Shown here one piece after another: positions 23,760-37,468 of a DNA stretch of 64,000 nucleotides (position 1 is its first letter; every line of letters begins with the position of its first letter). Made by a program: the position numbers and the translations under genes. A model generated the notes under the pieces. That model saw nothing but the letters and a program-made list of their open reading frames with translations, was not told the origin of the DNA and made no database searches. Source of the stretch: Lingula anatina (taxonomy: Eukaryota; Animalia; Brachiopoda); the NCBI GenBank assembly GCA_051362555.1, contig CM120642.1:24738001-24802000 (forward strand). The letters run 5' to 3'.

Positions 23760-24651
23760 CAGGTGACGGGAAAAGCGCGTGCGAGTAACTCGTGCGCGTG
23801 TTCCTTCGCATGCTTTGGATGCTTCGGAGAGTTAGTAAGCTGAGTAAGTAAGACGGTGTGTGAATTAAGCATGAAAGGGAAATTATAGATTGAGAACTGG
23901 AGCTATACGGCGGCTATAGAGAGTGCACAGTGCGCAGAGAACAGCAGAGAGAGGCGTCGCCTCGTTGAAACAAAACCGCGGCTTGGAAATTAGTGAATAA
24001 TATAGCTTGCCGCGTACGCTTGCTATTTGTTAACCATAGGCGTGTATTACGTTAGCTTTTCATTCATGGATTGGAGCTTGTTATTGAGGCTGTTCAGAGA
24101 CTGTTATATAGTGTCTGGCTTCTGGATAGTTGATTTACACCGTCACACGGAGCATCTACGGTACGCATGCCCTGTTAGAGACCCACCAGCCTACCGCTGG
24201 TGCTAATCCACAGCCCTCCGGAACTCTCGCTTCGCCCTGAACGGAAAGTTCAGTGAAAGTTGTGCTCTTCCCTCCCAGAAACAGGCGTGTAAAGCATTCC
24301 GAGGCCGACGACAAAGCAAAATAAACGGTATTGCGGTTAAATTTCCATCACAGCACCGGTAAGCGGACCAGAAGACAATTGGCGTTATTAGCCTGTTCTT
24401 AGTAGTACCAACCTGGAGCGCAACTGAATCGCATTTAAAAGGGATCGCGAGGGGGAGCTCGCCGCACAGTAGCACTCCCTACCGCGGAGAATAAGCCGAA
24501 CAAGCTCTTGCCGTCAGACGCAAAAGGATCACCCGCTTACACTTTAAACCCGAACAATTGAATTCACAGCAACGAACCATCGGGGCAATCTGGTCTTACT
24601 TACAGCAAGTTTTGTACAATTATTACTTTTGTTCTAAGACTCTACCACGCC
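23760..24651 (+). promoter_or_regulatory. CpG/GC-enriched probable promoter and 5' UTR of the ADAMTSL2-like gene
   Basis: Locally raised GC and CpG content directly upstream of the signal-peptide exon, which has Kozak context CCACGCCATG. Confidence 0.4.
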
Positions 24652-27600
24652 ATGTGTTGTTCTGCCTGTTTGTCTGTGACTTGGATTCTAGTTCTGTCTG
24701 TCTACGTCCTGGCAGAGCCAACCCATGCTGTTTCGAGCGGAAGGGTAAGTTTATAGAACAATACCCCCTTCCCATAGTCATATATGTAGAGGTATTGTTC
24801 GTCTTATAGTGTATTCTCTTTCAAAAGAGCGTAGGAAATTTTTACCGTTTAACTAAGGTTCCTATGTGTTCCGTTGCTACAAAGTTTGCATTTTTCCTTT
24901 TCATTTCTTTTTTCAGGAACCATCCAACAAAGTGCGAATTGCATGTTCATTAAGACGCATTGGACATTAATGCTCACTCTTCACCCTTGTTCATCTTTTT
25001 TAACATTAGATTATATATTGGTCTGTCAAGTACCGTTATTTTTGATTACATTGCCTGTTTATATGATTAAAACTATTGGTGTAGTCTGCGTGTGATAAAA
25101 ATTATAGATGTCAACATAAGGGGTTAATAACGTGTATACAGTGTATCTACTAATTACTAGTTAATAACGGAAGAATATTAAATATATAAATAAATTAATA
25201 GCGTTCCTAACGAGGTGGAGCATGTTTGTATTATGCCATATGATGCAATTGAAAATCTTCATTGTAACAGAGAGCTGTCCTGATCGGCTCACCCGTTAGG
25301 TAAATCTTACCATATATTCTTATTTATAAGCAGAAACTTCATGGAATGTTTTCAATTTATTACTTTAGAAAATGTAGAAAATACAGAGTTCTGTCTTATC
25401 ATTGAAGTCCGCCTTTGCCCTATTACAGAGAGGTAAAATCGAATTGACCAATAGTTTACCTCCGCTCTTCAACAAGGACACGCGGTTTTCAAGTTATCGA
25501 AATCATAAGACTTCTTTCTCAGTCAGTTATATACATATTGGCGGTCCTTAAACAGAACTGTGGAAGGGTGTACGGGAGAATGTAATGCGTTATTTGACCG
25601 TTGTAATGACAAACCATTTAAATTGACGTTATGTGTGTAGAAAACTAAAGCCCTGAACTAGACATTGTAAGTCTCGTAATCTTTGCTACATGGCGCTGCC
25701 TCAGGCTCCCATAGTAGATTGAATACGGAAAGAGTTAGTTCTTTAAATTAGATTTACAAAAGGCTTTGTTTAGCACGCTTGCTAATTGCACAAAATTTAT
25801 TTAAAACGGATTTTTTTCTTTTACTTTGTGTATTGACTGCCACGATCAGCTGTCTCTCTCCATTGGAAATAATTGCCTTCAGGTTTTCATGGTTGTGTGG
25901 GTTTTCGAGAAAGAGAGCGAGATACAGAGATGAGAGGAGAGAATAGCGACAGTGGCAATGCAAGATCAATTTCTATGCAGTTGAAACTACAGTTTAAAAA
26001 AATGAACACAAAATGATAAAATACACCTGCGTTTGTGCAATTAAGACGATACTCGTGAAACGGGATGCATCCCCACAGTCCGTATTCCCTTTGGTTCCAA
26101 AGTTTGTTGGTCTCAAGATCCGTTTCCGAAAAGTTTTAACAACTTTCTTTGGAGGGTTATTGGTGTGAACCTTAGTGGCAACTGGTACCTTAGGAAAAGG
26201 CAGTTGTTAAAATATGATATCATATGGTAATATTCGGAATTACGAACCTTCGTACCACTGGGCATTCGCATTAGTTAACTTTCCGGGCAATGGACCTTCA
26301 GAGTTACAAATTCTCGGAACAAGCACACCTATTTTGCAAGGCTTGATCAATTTCCCATCATTTTCGGAATAAGAAAACAAATGAACTTTCCGAATAAACA
26401 ATGAGCTAATGAACCTTCAGGCTGCCGGGACGCATCATACATAGAAAGCCACAAAATTTGCCAAACCCACCATTTATCTTGTATCGACGAATAACAAGAA
26501 CGGTATTGTTCGCGGTATCGTTCGCTAAATAGACCTAAATACACTTGACAAATAACATAAATTAGCTTCAAAAATCCCAACTTTGTAACTTCACACCTAA
26601 TCAAAGCTAATGTTCCAATCATCAGTCTCATCAGCTCCACCTATCGCTTTTCTCCTCATGCCACAGGACGCGCCACCTGTTTCACCTTTTGTCTGCAGGA
26701 GCGTGCTTATTTCTCTTGTCTATTTGCATAAACTGTCGTCTGCTTCGCTCTGACAGCTGTCACCACTACCGTATATTCAATAATTTCAAAGGAAATTATC
26801 TTAGCTATAATGCTAAATTAATCTGTTTCTGATATCTTAAATGTATTTAATTTCAATAGATATATTTAAGTTATCAAGGTTGTCCTCGTTTTCAACTTAG
26901 GATGATAAACCTGTAGTAGGCCCTATACCCGATTCGTTTGTACCATGGCCCATAGGAGCCTACGCGTGCGTCTTTTAGACGCCCCTTTACATGCGAAAAC
27001 GACAAGGCCTATGCCGAGTTCGTCTTTTACTACAGAGCTTTGAGAGCCGAAAATGACATGGCTGTATCTCTTTCGCCACTTACTGTACTCCAGAGATGCG
27101 AGATTGACACGACCCATGTCGCGTTCGTCTCTCAAATGACACTGTTATAAAACATGAAATAGGCATAACGTGTGATTTTCGCAGCTGAATAAGTAGACCC
27201 TTATAAACGAAGTTGACGTTACTTGAGAGTCATGTCGCTTTCAACTTTTACAAACCTCCAACAAAATCTGTCTCCACACAGACGCGCGCGACATGTACTA
27301 TTGGACATGGGTCAGTTGAAAGCGACATTAACCTAAATGGCTCATGTTACTTTCAGCCAACTCTTATATGTCAAATCCAATTAATTTGAAACAGTGTTGT
27401 GCTGTCCGAAAACATTTTTTCATTTGAATCCCATCATAATTTAGTGCTATCTAGATAACAGTGTGGCTAATTGCTTGTAATAATTATATGGCCTCATATT
27501 TTTATTTTCAAGGATTCAAATATAAAGGGTTTTAAGACGGTCCTTCTGTTTCAAATTAATTGGCTGAAAGTAACATGAGCCATTTAGGTTAATGTCGCTT

Positions 27601-28330
27601 TCAACTGACCCATGTCCAATAGTACATGTCGCGCGCGTCTGTGTGGAGATAGATTTTGTTGGAGGTTTGTAAAAGTTGAAAGCGACATGACTCTAAGGTC
27701 ACGTCAACTTCGTTTATAAGGGTCTACTTATTCAGCTGCGAAAATCACACGTAATGCCTATTTCATGTTTTATAACAGTGTCTTTTGAGAGACAAACGCG
27801 ACATGGGTCGTGTCAATCTCGCATCTCTGGAGTACAGTAAGTGGCGAAAGAGACACAGCCATGCCATTTTCGGCTCTCAAAGCTCTGTAGTAAAAGACGA
27901 ACTCGGCATAGGCCTTGTCGTTTTCGCATGTAAAGGGGCGTCTAAAAGACGCACGCGTAGGCTCCTATGGGCCATGGTACGTTTGCTCTAAAATGTCTTT
28001 CTCAGCATAGTCCTGCTATGTGTTTTTTTTAAATGAACACCGAAACTGTAATTAGCTCAGTGACTTATCTGCCCTTTAACTCCTTAACAAACTTGAAAAC
28101 TTAAATGCAATGATTACATTGTGTAAATGGCAGGTTTTGTTCTATAGTCACCACCATGATGATCTAGCTCTTTAGAAAATCAGACAAATCATTGTTTCTC
28201 TTGTACCCGTTCCGCGTGCTATAATAGTGCCACTCTTGAAATGTCTTATTTATGTAAAACGCGCTCATGCCGAAAACCCTCAGTATTTCACCGCAACATT
28301 CTCATAGATCAAACGACTAAAAAAAAAAAA

Positions 28331-28363
<33 letters not shown>

Positions 28364-31300
28364 AGGTTATTGTTCTACTGAACCTGATTTTGTGGCCAAG
28401 ACAAACAGGAAAAAATTATGCCTCTTAAATTTCCAAAATGTAAATGTAATAAGGCTTTATTCCACATGCTCATTTTAACTATGAGCAAAATAAAAGGCCC
28501 TAGCTAGTATACTAAAATTCTTTCCTCTGTAATAGTGGGAGCATCTAAAAAGACAAATGTTCGTTTTTATCTTGCTACCCGCTACTGAAATATATTTTTC
28601 CGATATCCCATGGAGGTTTTTAAACTTTGAAACCCCGAAGTTCATAGACCGGGAGCGCGTGGATCACCGGGACCTCGTATCAACAGCATCTCCCGCAGCC
28701 GTTTGCGTTGGAGGTGGTATTCAAAACCAGACAAATGTTTCTGTTTCTTTTGTTACCCGCGGCAAATGATCTATGCTCCACAGACGCGCCGTGGTTTGGA
28801 TTTTATTGTGTTGAGAACAGGAGAACAAACCACAGCGGTGTGTGGTACAAGCAGTATTGGGTTATTTAGATGGTTCAGGCATGTTTCAATGGCCTACTAA
28901 GGTTGAACTTACATTTGCTAGTGCTTTGATCAGCTCACCTCCACCGCCATTACTAGCGCGCTAACGTGAACAGTTCAACACCCTTCTGGTCACTCCACAA
29001 AATTATTGGTGAAACGATACACAAGTGATATACGGATCAAAAGCGCCGTTGGCCTTTTTTCTTCGTCAGTTTAGCTTTCCTTTTATTCCTTTATCTATTT
29101 TTTTAATAATTTTTATAGAAAAATGAAGGCGTAATGCATGAACATTTGACGTATGACACACTTCTCAGTCTAATCTTCTTCTCGTAATAGAATTCTTTTT
29201 GGCGTGTAGTATACTTTACTAGAAACTTGATAGGCCAACTCTTTTAACGGTGTTTCCTCGATATTTTAAAGGCAGATTTTATGTTCTTGGCCAAACCCTC
29301 ACTCAAATTGCTTAAATTGTATTTTCAAAATAGGCTGATATTTAAGAGTTTTAAGTTTTTAATATCTTAACGTTTATAATATCTTAAAAGTTATCGCAAA
29401 ACTGATTTCTATTTCGTGATTCAAATAAATCAACTTTGAGACATCAATGAGGCACTTTAGATTTTGAGCAAACCAGCTCGGAAGTTCAATTAAAACAAGA
29501 GGCCTAAATAAGATCTCTCATGTGTTTAAAACAATTGACAGTGAACGGTTGCTACTTAAATGAACCGCGATGTCAGCACTGTCAAATCTACTGCTGATTT
29601 TTATTGTTCTTGTTTATAGCAGATTGAACAACCTCGTGTTTTATCTTTAATTCCAACGAGCTCCTGGGGTCCCCCCATGGATCGGTGTGTATCACTTTTG
29701 TAATTTTGCTCGTGTTGGTTTATTTCTAAGGCAGATGTTTCCAATGTTATTGTCTTGGGCAAATAGTTTTTTTTTACTTTCGTATCACAACGTTTAAAAA
29801 GGAAAATCTTAAAGAATGATGTGATTTTTTCTTCAGTCAACAGCTAATATTTCGATGTCTATCAGGACATCTTCTTCAGTGAAAGAGGCTATCCAGGTGA
29901 ATAGCCTCTACTCAGGAGGTGTACTTGCCCCCCCCCCCCCCCCAATTGTCTTAGGAGAGGGAGGTAGAGGTCATGGAGGATGGCACCATCATTTCTGTTG
30001 AAACTGGGGGGGGGGGGGGGGGGTACACCTCCTGAGTAGAGGCTATTCACCGGGATAGTCTCAAATATTGGAGGTAAAACCTATCTCAATATTAGCTGTT
30101 GACTGAAGAAAAAAATCACATCATTCTTATAACTTAATTAACACAGCTGATGAAATTCTTCTCTGAAAATCTTAAAGATGTGCAAGAAACAATGTAATGT
30201 ACCAAACCCCCTTTCCTCTCTTTATTGTGTCTAATGTATGTGGGCATGCAAAGTAATATTATTTGCAGTATTAAGTTACCAACTATAGGCTCTCCGTGTC
30301 ACTTTATGATATTAAGTCAGTAACATCAAAACTTTCGGCAAAAAGACAGCACCGTCTGAACCGTTGTCTCGTGTACGAGAGTGTCTCCCGTGCCATACAC
30401 TGAAGTTTTTGGTTTCCAATGATTTGTACAGGTACGCCCCGTCCTAGATTTTGAATCACTTACGTCACGCGAACCATAACCTGTGTGAATCTAATACAGG
30501 TCGGACTATCTGTTCCACGGGCCTTCACATCGGCAACCCTCCTAAACAGACTTGAGTCTCGCTGGAACAAATGAAGAACTGTTTGTAAACAATGAATCCT
30601 GAAACTCGTGACCGGGCATCCGGAAGTAAGGTTTGTTACATTTCAATGGGACGTTACTGACCCCACATTACCGTGTCAGTCCTTGTTAATTGGGCAGCTT
30701 TCAAACCCAAAAACCCAGTTAGTGCACCAGTCCGTGCTGGCATTCACAACACAGTTTCAGTTCTCATTCTATTGGTCTTGATAATTGGGTGCACGCACCG
30801 CCCTTTCCCCTTGTCAACCATTGTTATTTAAGAACACTGGATCTACTACAGGTAAAGTCTTTTACCCGTTGAACATTGCAGTATTTCAGGAGTAACTTAG
30901 CCAAATTAGAATTTAACATATTCTGTAAAAAATAGTGTCTTTGCAACTGATTTAAATAGGAATGTTTTAGGGTGTTCGATATGTTAAAATATCCAACATT
31001 TGACAAAATATATTTTTTCTTTCCTTTAATGTAAAATACTTATCTTCACGTTAATGAAGTCAAGATTAACACTTTTAGAGCACAAAGTCCCCTTTTTGTC
31101 ACTTAATTCAACACCGCACGCATTTCTACACAGATTATCGCAGATTTTTAGTAAACCAGTATAACGTGTCCTTTGAAGACCCTGTTATTATAAAGAGTCA
31201 AAATTTTGAAAAAAAAAAAAAAAACACTTTGCAGTTGGGTTGGGGAAGAGAAAAATCTCCCCCAACTTTTGAATTGTTATCCTCGATTCGCCAGTTCGGT

Positions 31301-34300
31301 GAGCACGGATGAAGTATGTAGCCTTAATACCTGGTTTTGGTGAAAATCTTGATTAAGTGAATTGTCAGTTAGCACAACATTTACAATAATACATCCACGT
31401 TAATTTTGTATTACCATTTCATGTTGAACCAAAGCCAATAATTCAACAAAAACCGTGACCTTAACCCAAACCAAATTGCTTAAATGTCTCTTCTGGTTTT
31501 AAAAGTTTCGCAGCTACTGATTTATAAGGAGAGCGGTCTTTTAGGTCCCTTTAAACCAAACGATGCATGCTGATTATCCGAGGTCTCAAATAACAGCCCT
31601 AATGGGGACAAATTGTGGTTTTCTATCACAGTGTGCGTTCCCAATACAACATTTATCTACAAAAGATTTTAATCCGGAGTCACAGATTAAGATCCCCATC
31701 TTTTCAACCCCTCTACTTAAGGCCCCATTCCCATAGACACCAGCGGTCTATGTGGATCGACCCAGCTCTGCGGGGTCTCTTGCTGAGTGCAATCAGCTTA
31801 TCTGAATTACACGCCTCCTCCTGGCGTTGAGCAAAATACAAAAAAATATTATTCGAGTACATCGGAAACAAGAGGAGGCGTGTCATTCAGTTAAATGCAA
31901 TCAGCGAGAGTCCCCGGAGAGTTGGGTCGCTCTATGTAAACCGATGGGGTCTATGGGAATGGGGTCCAAAGATCTAAGTACAAGTGAGCCCACGCCGCTC
32001 TTGTCATTTGGAAACCTTGGAAAACCTCAAAACACTCCGTCTTTGTCCTGACATGATGAGGTTATTTCGGTTCATTTGGTTTATATCTTACGCTTCATGA
32101 TCACCTTTACTATTCCCTTATCTCGCTATGTAATCTTTTGGTTTCACATTAACTGCATAAGACCTGAATACATTGAATCATAAATTACTTTCGCATCTTC
32201 AATTTTTTAAAAATGAAAAAAAAAAAAAACAGTGAATAAATATTTCCCATTTGTTTCCAGTACTCGTACCAGGCTTTCCCCGTCACAATCCACTGGGGCC
32301 CGTGGTCCTCTCCTTCGGCCTGTTCCAGAACATGCGGCGTGGGCGTGGCTGTGAGGGAACGGACGTGCCTCAAAGTGTACAAGTAAGTTAACCGCATCGC
32401 CCTTGAACCATTCTCACTCTCTCTCTCTCTCGTCTATGCTTGTATTCTTTTGTGTATTCGTATCTTTTTTTTTTAATCTTTTTCTGGAATATTTGGAATG
32501 TGCACTGTGGATTGTTGGTTCAAATAAGTAACGATAACTGTACCCCAGCATATGCTTAGATAAAGCTTACTCTTTCAATATAATACATTCTGTCAATATA
32601 ATACATATCGAGTGAGTATGCATTTTGTTTGTTTGAGTTTCATCTTTCCCTTGCTCTTGGAGAAGTTTAAAACGTATATGACTACGCCAACAGCGTACAA
32701 AATAGTTTTGCAGTGCGTTGTTATACACTATACTGTGCGTTTTGGCTATTGAGACTTTCTGTATCCCTATGGAAAATACTAATAGGACAGTTAGATTTTC
32801 CGTGATAGAAAAACAAAATCACGTGACCTCTCTTCGCTCTTCAGATTGCCCATCAATAGCAAAATGCTAAATGCGTTATCTTAAAATAATAAACAATAAT
32901 TCTATATCGAATGTTGTCCCGCGCAGTTTGTGGTTTGTTCCCAATCCCTTGCCCCAAACTGTAGTGGCCATAATATTTATGGATACCACAGAAAGGAAAC
33001 ACTTATAATAAGTTTGTGTGTGTTTCCCATTTCTCTAGGCAGATAACATGGTAACGACGGTCAATATTTTTTGTGAACATATGAAAAAGACATTTTTAGA
33101 ACAATTGCTTTTAAATCATGATTACTTGGCATAGCGGTAGTTAAATTTATCAGTGCATAATCTGTGTCATTTCTGTCAAGAAAAAATGCGTTGAGAATGC
33201 CCTCGGATGTGACCTGCTTTGACAAATTGTGACTTTGCAAAATCCTTATAAAATCCTAGAAAGAGGTTGTTTTCTGTTACGTCAGTAAAACGTCATATAT
33301 GTCCGAAACGAGTTGGACTCGACAGTACGAGTGCAGGCACAACTCGACGCTACTATGTATTGCTGTAAAAAGACGAAACTGAAACTAATACTCCTTTTTT
33401 TCTGATTCTTATGTATCGTTAAAAGTGGCTGTCAGAACTTTAATGGTTAACATGATGTCTTTTTTCCCAGATCCAATAGGAAATTCTTTTCATATACGCT
33501 TACAAGCAAGTTGACACCCCTCAATTAAGACAACCAGCCGAATCGTGAGGTCTGAAAACAAGTGGCATTCAATTACTTAAAGCAAAATTGAGACTGTTCT
33601 CTCATAACCTAATCTTTCGTCTTTATATTTGTTAACAAATTAAGGGTTAGAATAATGTTCCCCTTTTTCTCCGAAAGAGATGTAATTTCTCTCCTGTGCG
33701 GTTACAATCACAAGTAACGGTGATGCTGAAATTAAGACGGATCGTGAGGTCTCAAAAGCAGTTGAATTCAATTACATAAAGAAAGAACGCTAGCGTTTTT
33801 GTCTGACAATCTCATCTCTCCTTTTAAATATGTGTAAAACACTTAGTAGTAAAAGCTATGAAAATGCATTAGCCTCCTTGACACCAGACCGCCTGAAATT
33901 CTCAAATTTTGTTTTTGAAAGTTGAAATTAAACGACGTGCACTAATCTGAGTCACCCTTGATTTTTGTCTTATTTTGGCCGTGACTTTTTAAAGTAACTA
34001 TTTAAAGATACATAAGAATATCATTAATCTATAAAATATCTCAGTCAATTTGTTTTATAAGAGATGACGTAATTTATCTTAATGACTATCTATAATGTGA
34101 CTCAATAACACCGAGTTAAAAAACTGGAATAATTTGAAGAGAATTATGTGCTGAAAAGAATGAAATTTGTGCTATTTTTATTAGAATTAAATCAACAATT
34201 GATACTGATTAATATATTTGATTTGTTATTGATTTAATTATATTATCAGAGAGCGGTGTAGAAATCATTTTGGAGTGAGCAGTTATGAGAACTGAATATA

Positions 34301-36892
34301 TAACATAGGCCTATATAAGATGCTAATAAAATCGCTCCGGCAGTATTCCCATTCTTTTGATACCTCCTGTATCTGTTACCTCATGCTGTTCCGTCGCGAC
34401 GAAAACGTTTCCAAAATCGGCATCCTTACTAAATTTGGTTAAGGTTTTAAATTTAGAAAACAGACCAAAAGGGAGCTTTTAACAAGCAATAAAACAGTGA
34501 GATTTCACATTATTACAGTTCGGTTACATCGCACACTACCATGGCTGCGCCGCAGGTAAAAAGAAAAATGAGAAATAGATAGAGGGTATAAGGCCAAGTC
34601 CCATTGGCCGCGTTCACAATCAGTTGATCTGCGGACTAACTAGTCCACGGATCAAATATGGAGAGGCCCTCTTCAAAGCATGCCGAGATTAAATTGCTTT
34701 GCCCTGGCAGGGACGGCGCCGTGAGAGGCGGGAATCCATTGTCAAAAGCAAGCTGTATTTGATCTGAGGATTTGTTAGTCAGCGGAGCAAGTGGTTATGA
34801 ATGCTCCCATTTACAAACAAGTAGCTTTATCTTACGGTTGGGAGGGTAACCTGGGTGCTGGGATAAAGGGGCGGGACCGGTGTAACGAAACTGAGGGTCT
34901 GTGTAACAGAAAGTCCGCACTCCATATAGTTATACTGGTTAGGGTTAACCTGACCTAAGTGGGTCGAAATCTAGGGCGAGGCTTTCCTGTACAAATGAAT
35001 GGGAAGCGATATTTTAGCTTGGGGGACTCTGTCACGTTACAACGGGCGACGGAACTGGGGATGAAGAGACCGGGTGAGGGGATTGTATTTTCATAAACGG
35101 GTGCGGCTAGGATGGAAGTTATCTCGACCGTCTTAATTAAAAAATACTGCAATAAAACAACCTAAACGAAGCGAAATAAAAGTCTTAATGTTAAATGTCG
35201 GTTATTGAAGGAAGCACCGATTTGCATAATTTAAGAAAACCCGGATGTTAAGATAGGCCTATATGACATGGCACTCAACTCGTGGCTGGCAAATGAACTA
35301 ACACATTTCTTTATTTCTTTTATGGTTTTTTATTTCTTTCTTATTTCATTTTTAATGACGATGAGCAAACGTACAAACAATGTGATTAGAACGTTCAGTA
35401 TTTCACAGCTTCCAGACGCTACATATTTCGGTGAATTAGTTAACAATTATAACGCCAGTAAATCAATGCTTCATTGAAGAATATGACTAGCAATCTTTAA
35501 ACAAGCATATGTCACACTTTCTTTACATACTAGGTGTGCGCACCTAATGAAAAATGCATTTTGGTTTTTTCAGTTTGCAAATAGTGTAAAAGTACTCAAT
35601 TTGTCAAAAGACAAAATACCCTGTATGTTTAAGTAGTTATAAAACATTACAGTTTCCATTATCTTGTTCATTGTATGTTTAGTTTTATTTAAACATCTAA
35701 AAGGGATAATTTTTGACGAGGTAATCGAGGATGAGGGGCCTTGGTTGGGCGGCAATAAGGGGGTCCCATTTGCCTACGCTCTTATCTCGGCACGGGTGCA
35801 TCCGAAATGAAACACATATTGGGATATTTCATTAAAGCATTTTTTTCTTGGTATATATTTTCAGTAGTCGAATCCACATAGCCATCCACCCCAGTCAGTG
35901 CAGTGGATCTCCAATTGACTATAGAACGTGTAATAAGCAGGTTGGTGGATTATATACGCTTTTAGTGTGACGTCATAGGTGTGGTACCTCCTGATTGCGT
36001 CCGAATGATTTGAAACAGTTAAATCCATGTCTAGCTTTTCGGACTAAGTACCTGTAGGATTTTTAAGATAATGGTAAATTGTGAGCTCTCGAGGATAAAG
36101 CTCCTGTGATGTTTTTGTATTCAGAGAAAAAAAAAATCGCCAAGTTTTGTTTAGCTTGTGCCTACCATTTACTCATGTTCATGTTCTTTCATTCTGTTTC
36201 AGCCCTGTCCCCAACGATCACTAGATATCCGAGTTGCGCAATGTGCCGTTCATAATCGCAAAATTTATCATGGAATACGATATAGATGGCGCCCGTACAC
36301 ATCAGGTACACTGGTCTTGTTTCTCTCCTTTATGATTTTTATGTATCCATACTGTTTTTCATAAGTCTGTATTTGACAAAAATAGACCCAGACTTAGAAC
36401 TGTGCTCCATTGCCTGTTTTATTGACTGTAGAATTTGCATGGTTGTCCAAAAAGTGCTTGTGCACTTAATAAGCTTAATAAACATGCTTGTCCTTAATGC
36501 AATCATTGAAATTGTCTTTGATTTAAAATGGATAATGCAGATGATGTAAATTGTACAATAATTGTTGGTCTAAAATGCACGCAGGCAAAAGGCAATTAAT
36601 GTCGAAATATGGTCTAACCGATAAATCTTTCGGGCCTTTAAGAAAGAAACGAATTCATTTTTCTTCCTAATTTTCAGTCAATGGTCGTTACCCTCACAAC
36701 CCCTGTGCTCTGGTGTGCCACAATGGGGAACGAGTGCTACAGTTTGCGGAAAAGACGATAGATGGGACCTCATGCAAGACGGAGCAGTTCGAAGGAATAT
36801 GCGTCGACGGTCTCTGTGAGGTAAGCATTGTAACGATGTGTGTGTTAGTACTAGATACAGCACACACACACACGCGCGCGCACAAACACACA

Positions 36893-36926
<34 letters not shown>

Positions 36927-37430
36927 CCCTAGTAGATACATGTTTATCGATTTTGTGCTTCCATTCATTTCTTGGATTGCTTTACGTTAGTAGAAAATTA
37001 ACATGATGTGTTACATGTGTTCTTCACCCTGTACCACTTAAACCATCCTTCTATACACAAAATGTCGAAAATTAGCCGTAAAAGTAATTCTGTTAAAATA
37101 AATTTAATATATTTACTGATCAAATCGAAAAATAAGTTGCTATTCTCATATAAATACAGCAAGAACAATTATAGTACACGTACGTTTGTATAAGTACCTT
37201 TTCCGTCCAATTGTCTGAAACAAGAAAATACGTCCCAGATAAAGATAATGTGATATTCAGACGTTACCCTTATTGGATCAGTGCAGCAGATTATCTTTGT
37301 TCATACAGCACGATGTTGTGTCTGAGAGAAAATGTACTCAGATTAGGACAACTCAAGGCCAAATATCACACCTACTCCATAGATCTAACGCGAAAAGGAT
37401 ATCCATGTATTCAGAATTGAATCACATTTG

Positions 37431-37468
<38 letters not shown>

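Noticed and set aside
24066-24206. Short upstream ORF (MDWSLLLRLF...) before the ADAMTSL2 start
   Set aside because: No recognisable motif and the transcription start is unknown, so it cannot be distinguished from chance.
26923-27991. Twin ~70-aa ORFs on opposite strands ([12 protein letters not shown]...)
   Set aside because: They are mirror products of the foldback element's arms, start at non-ATG codons and have no coding features.
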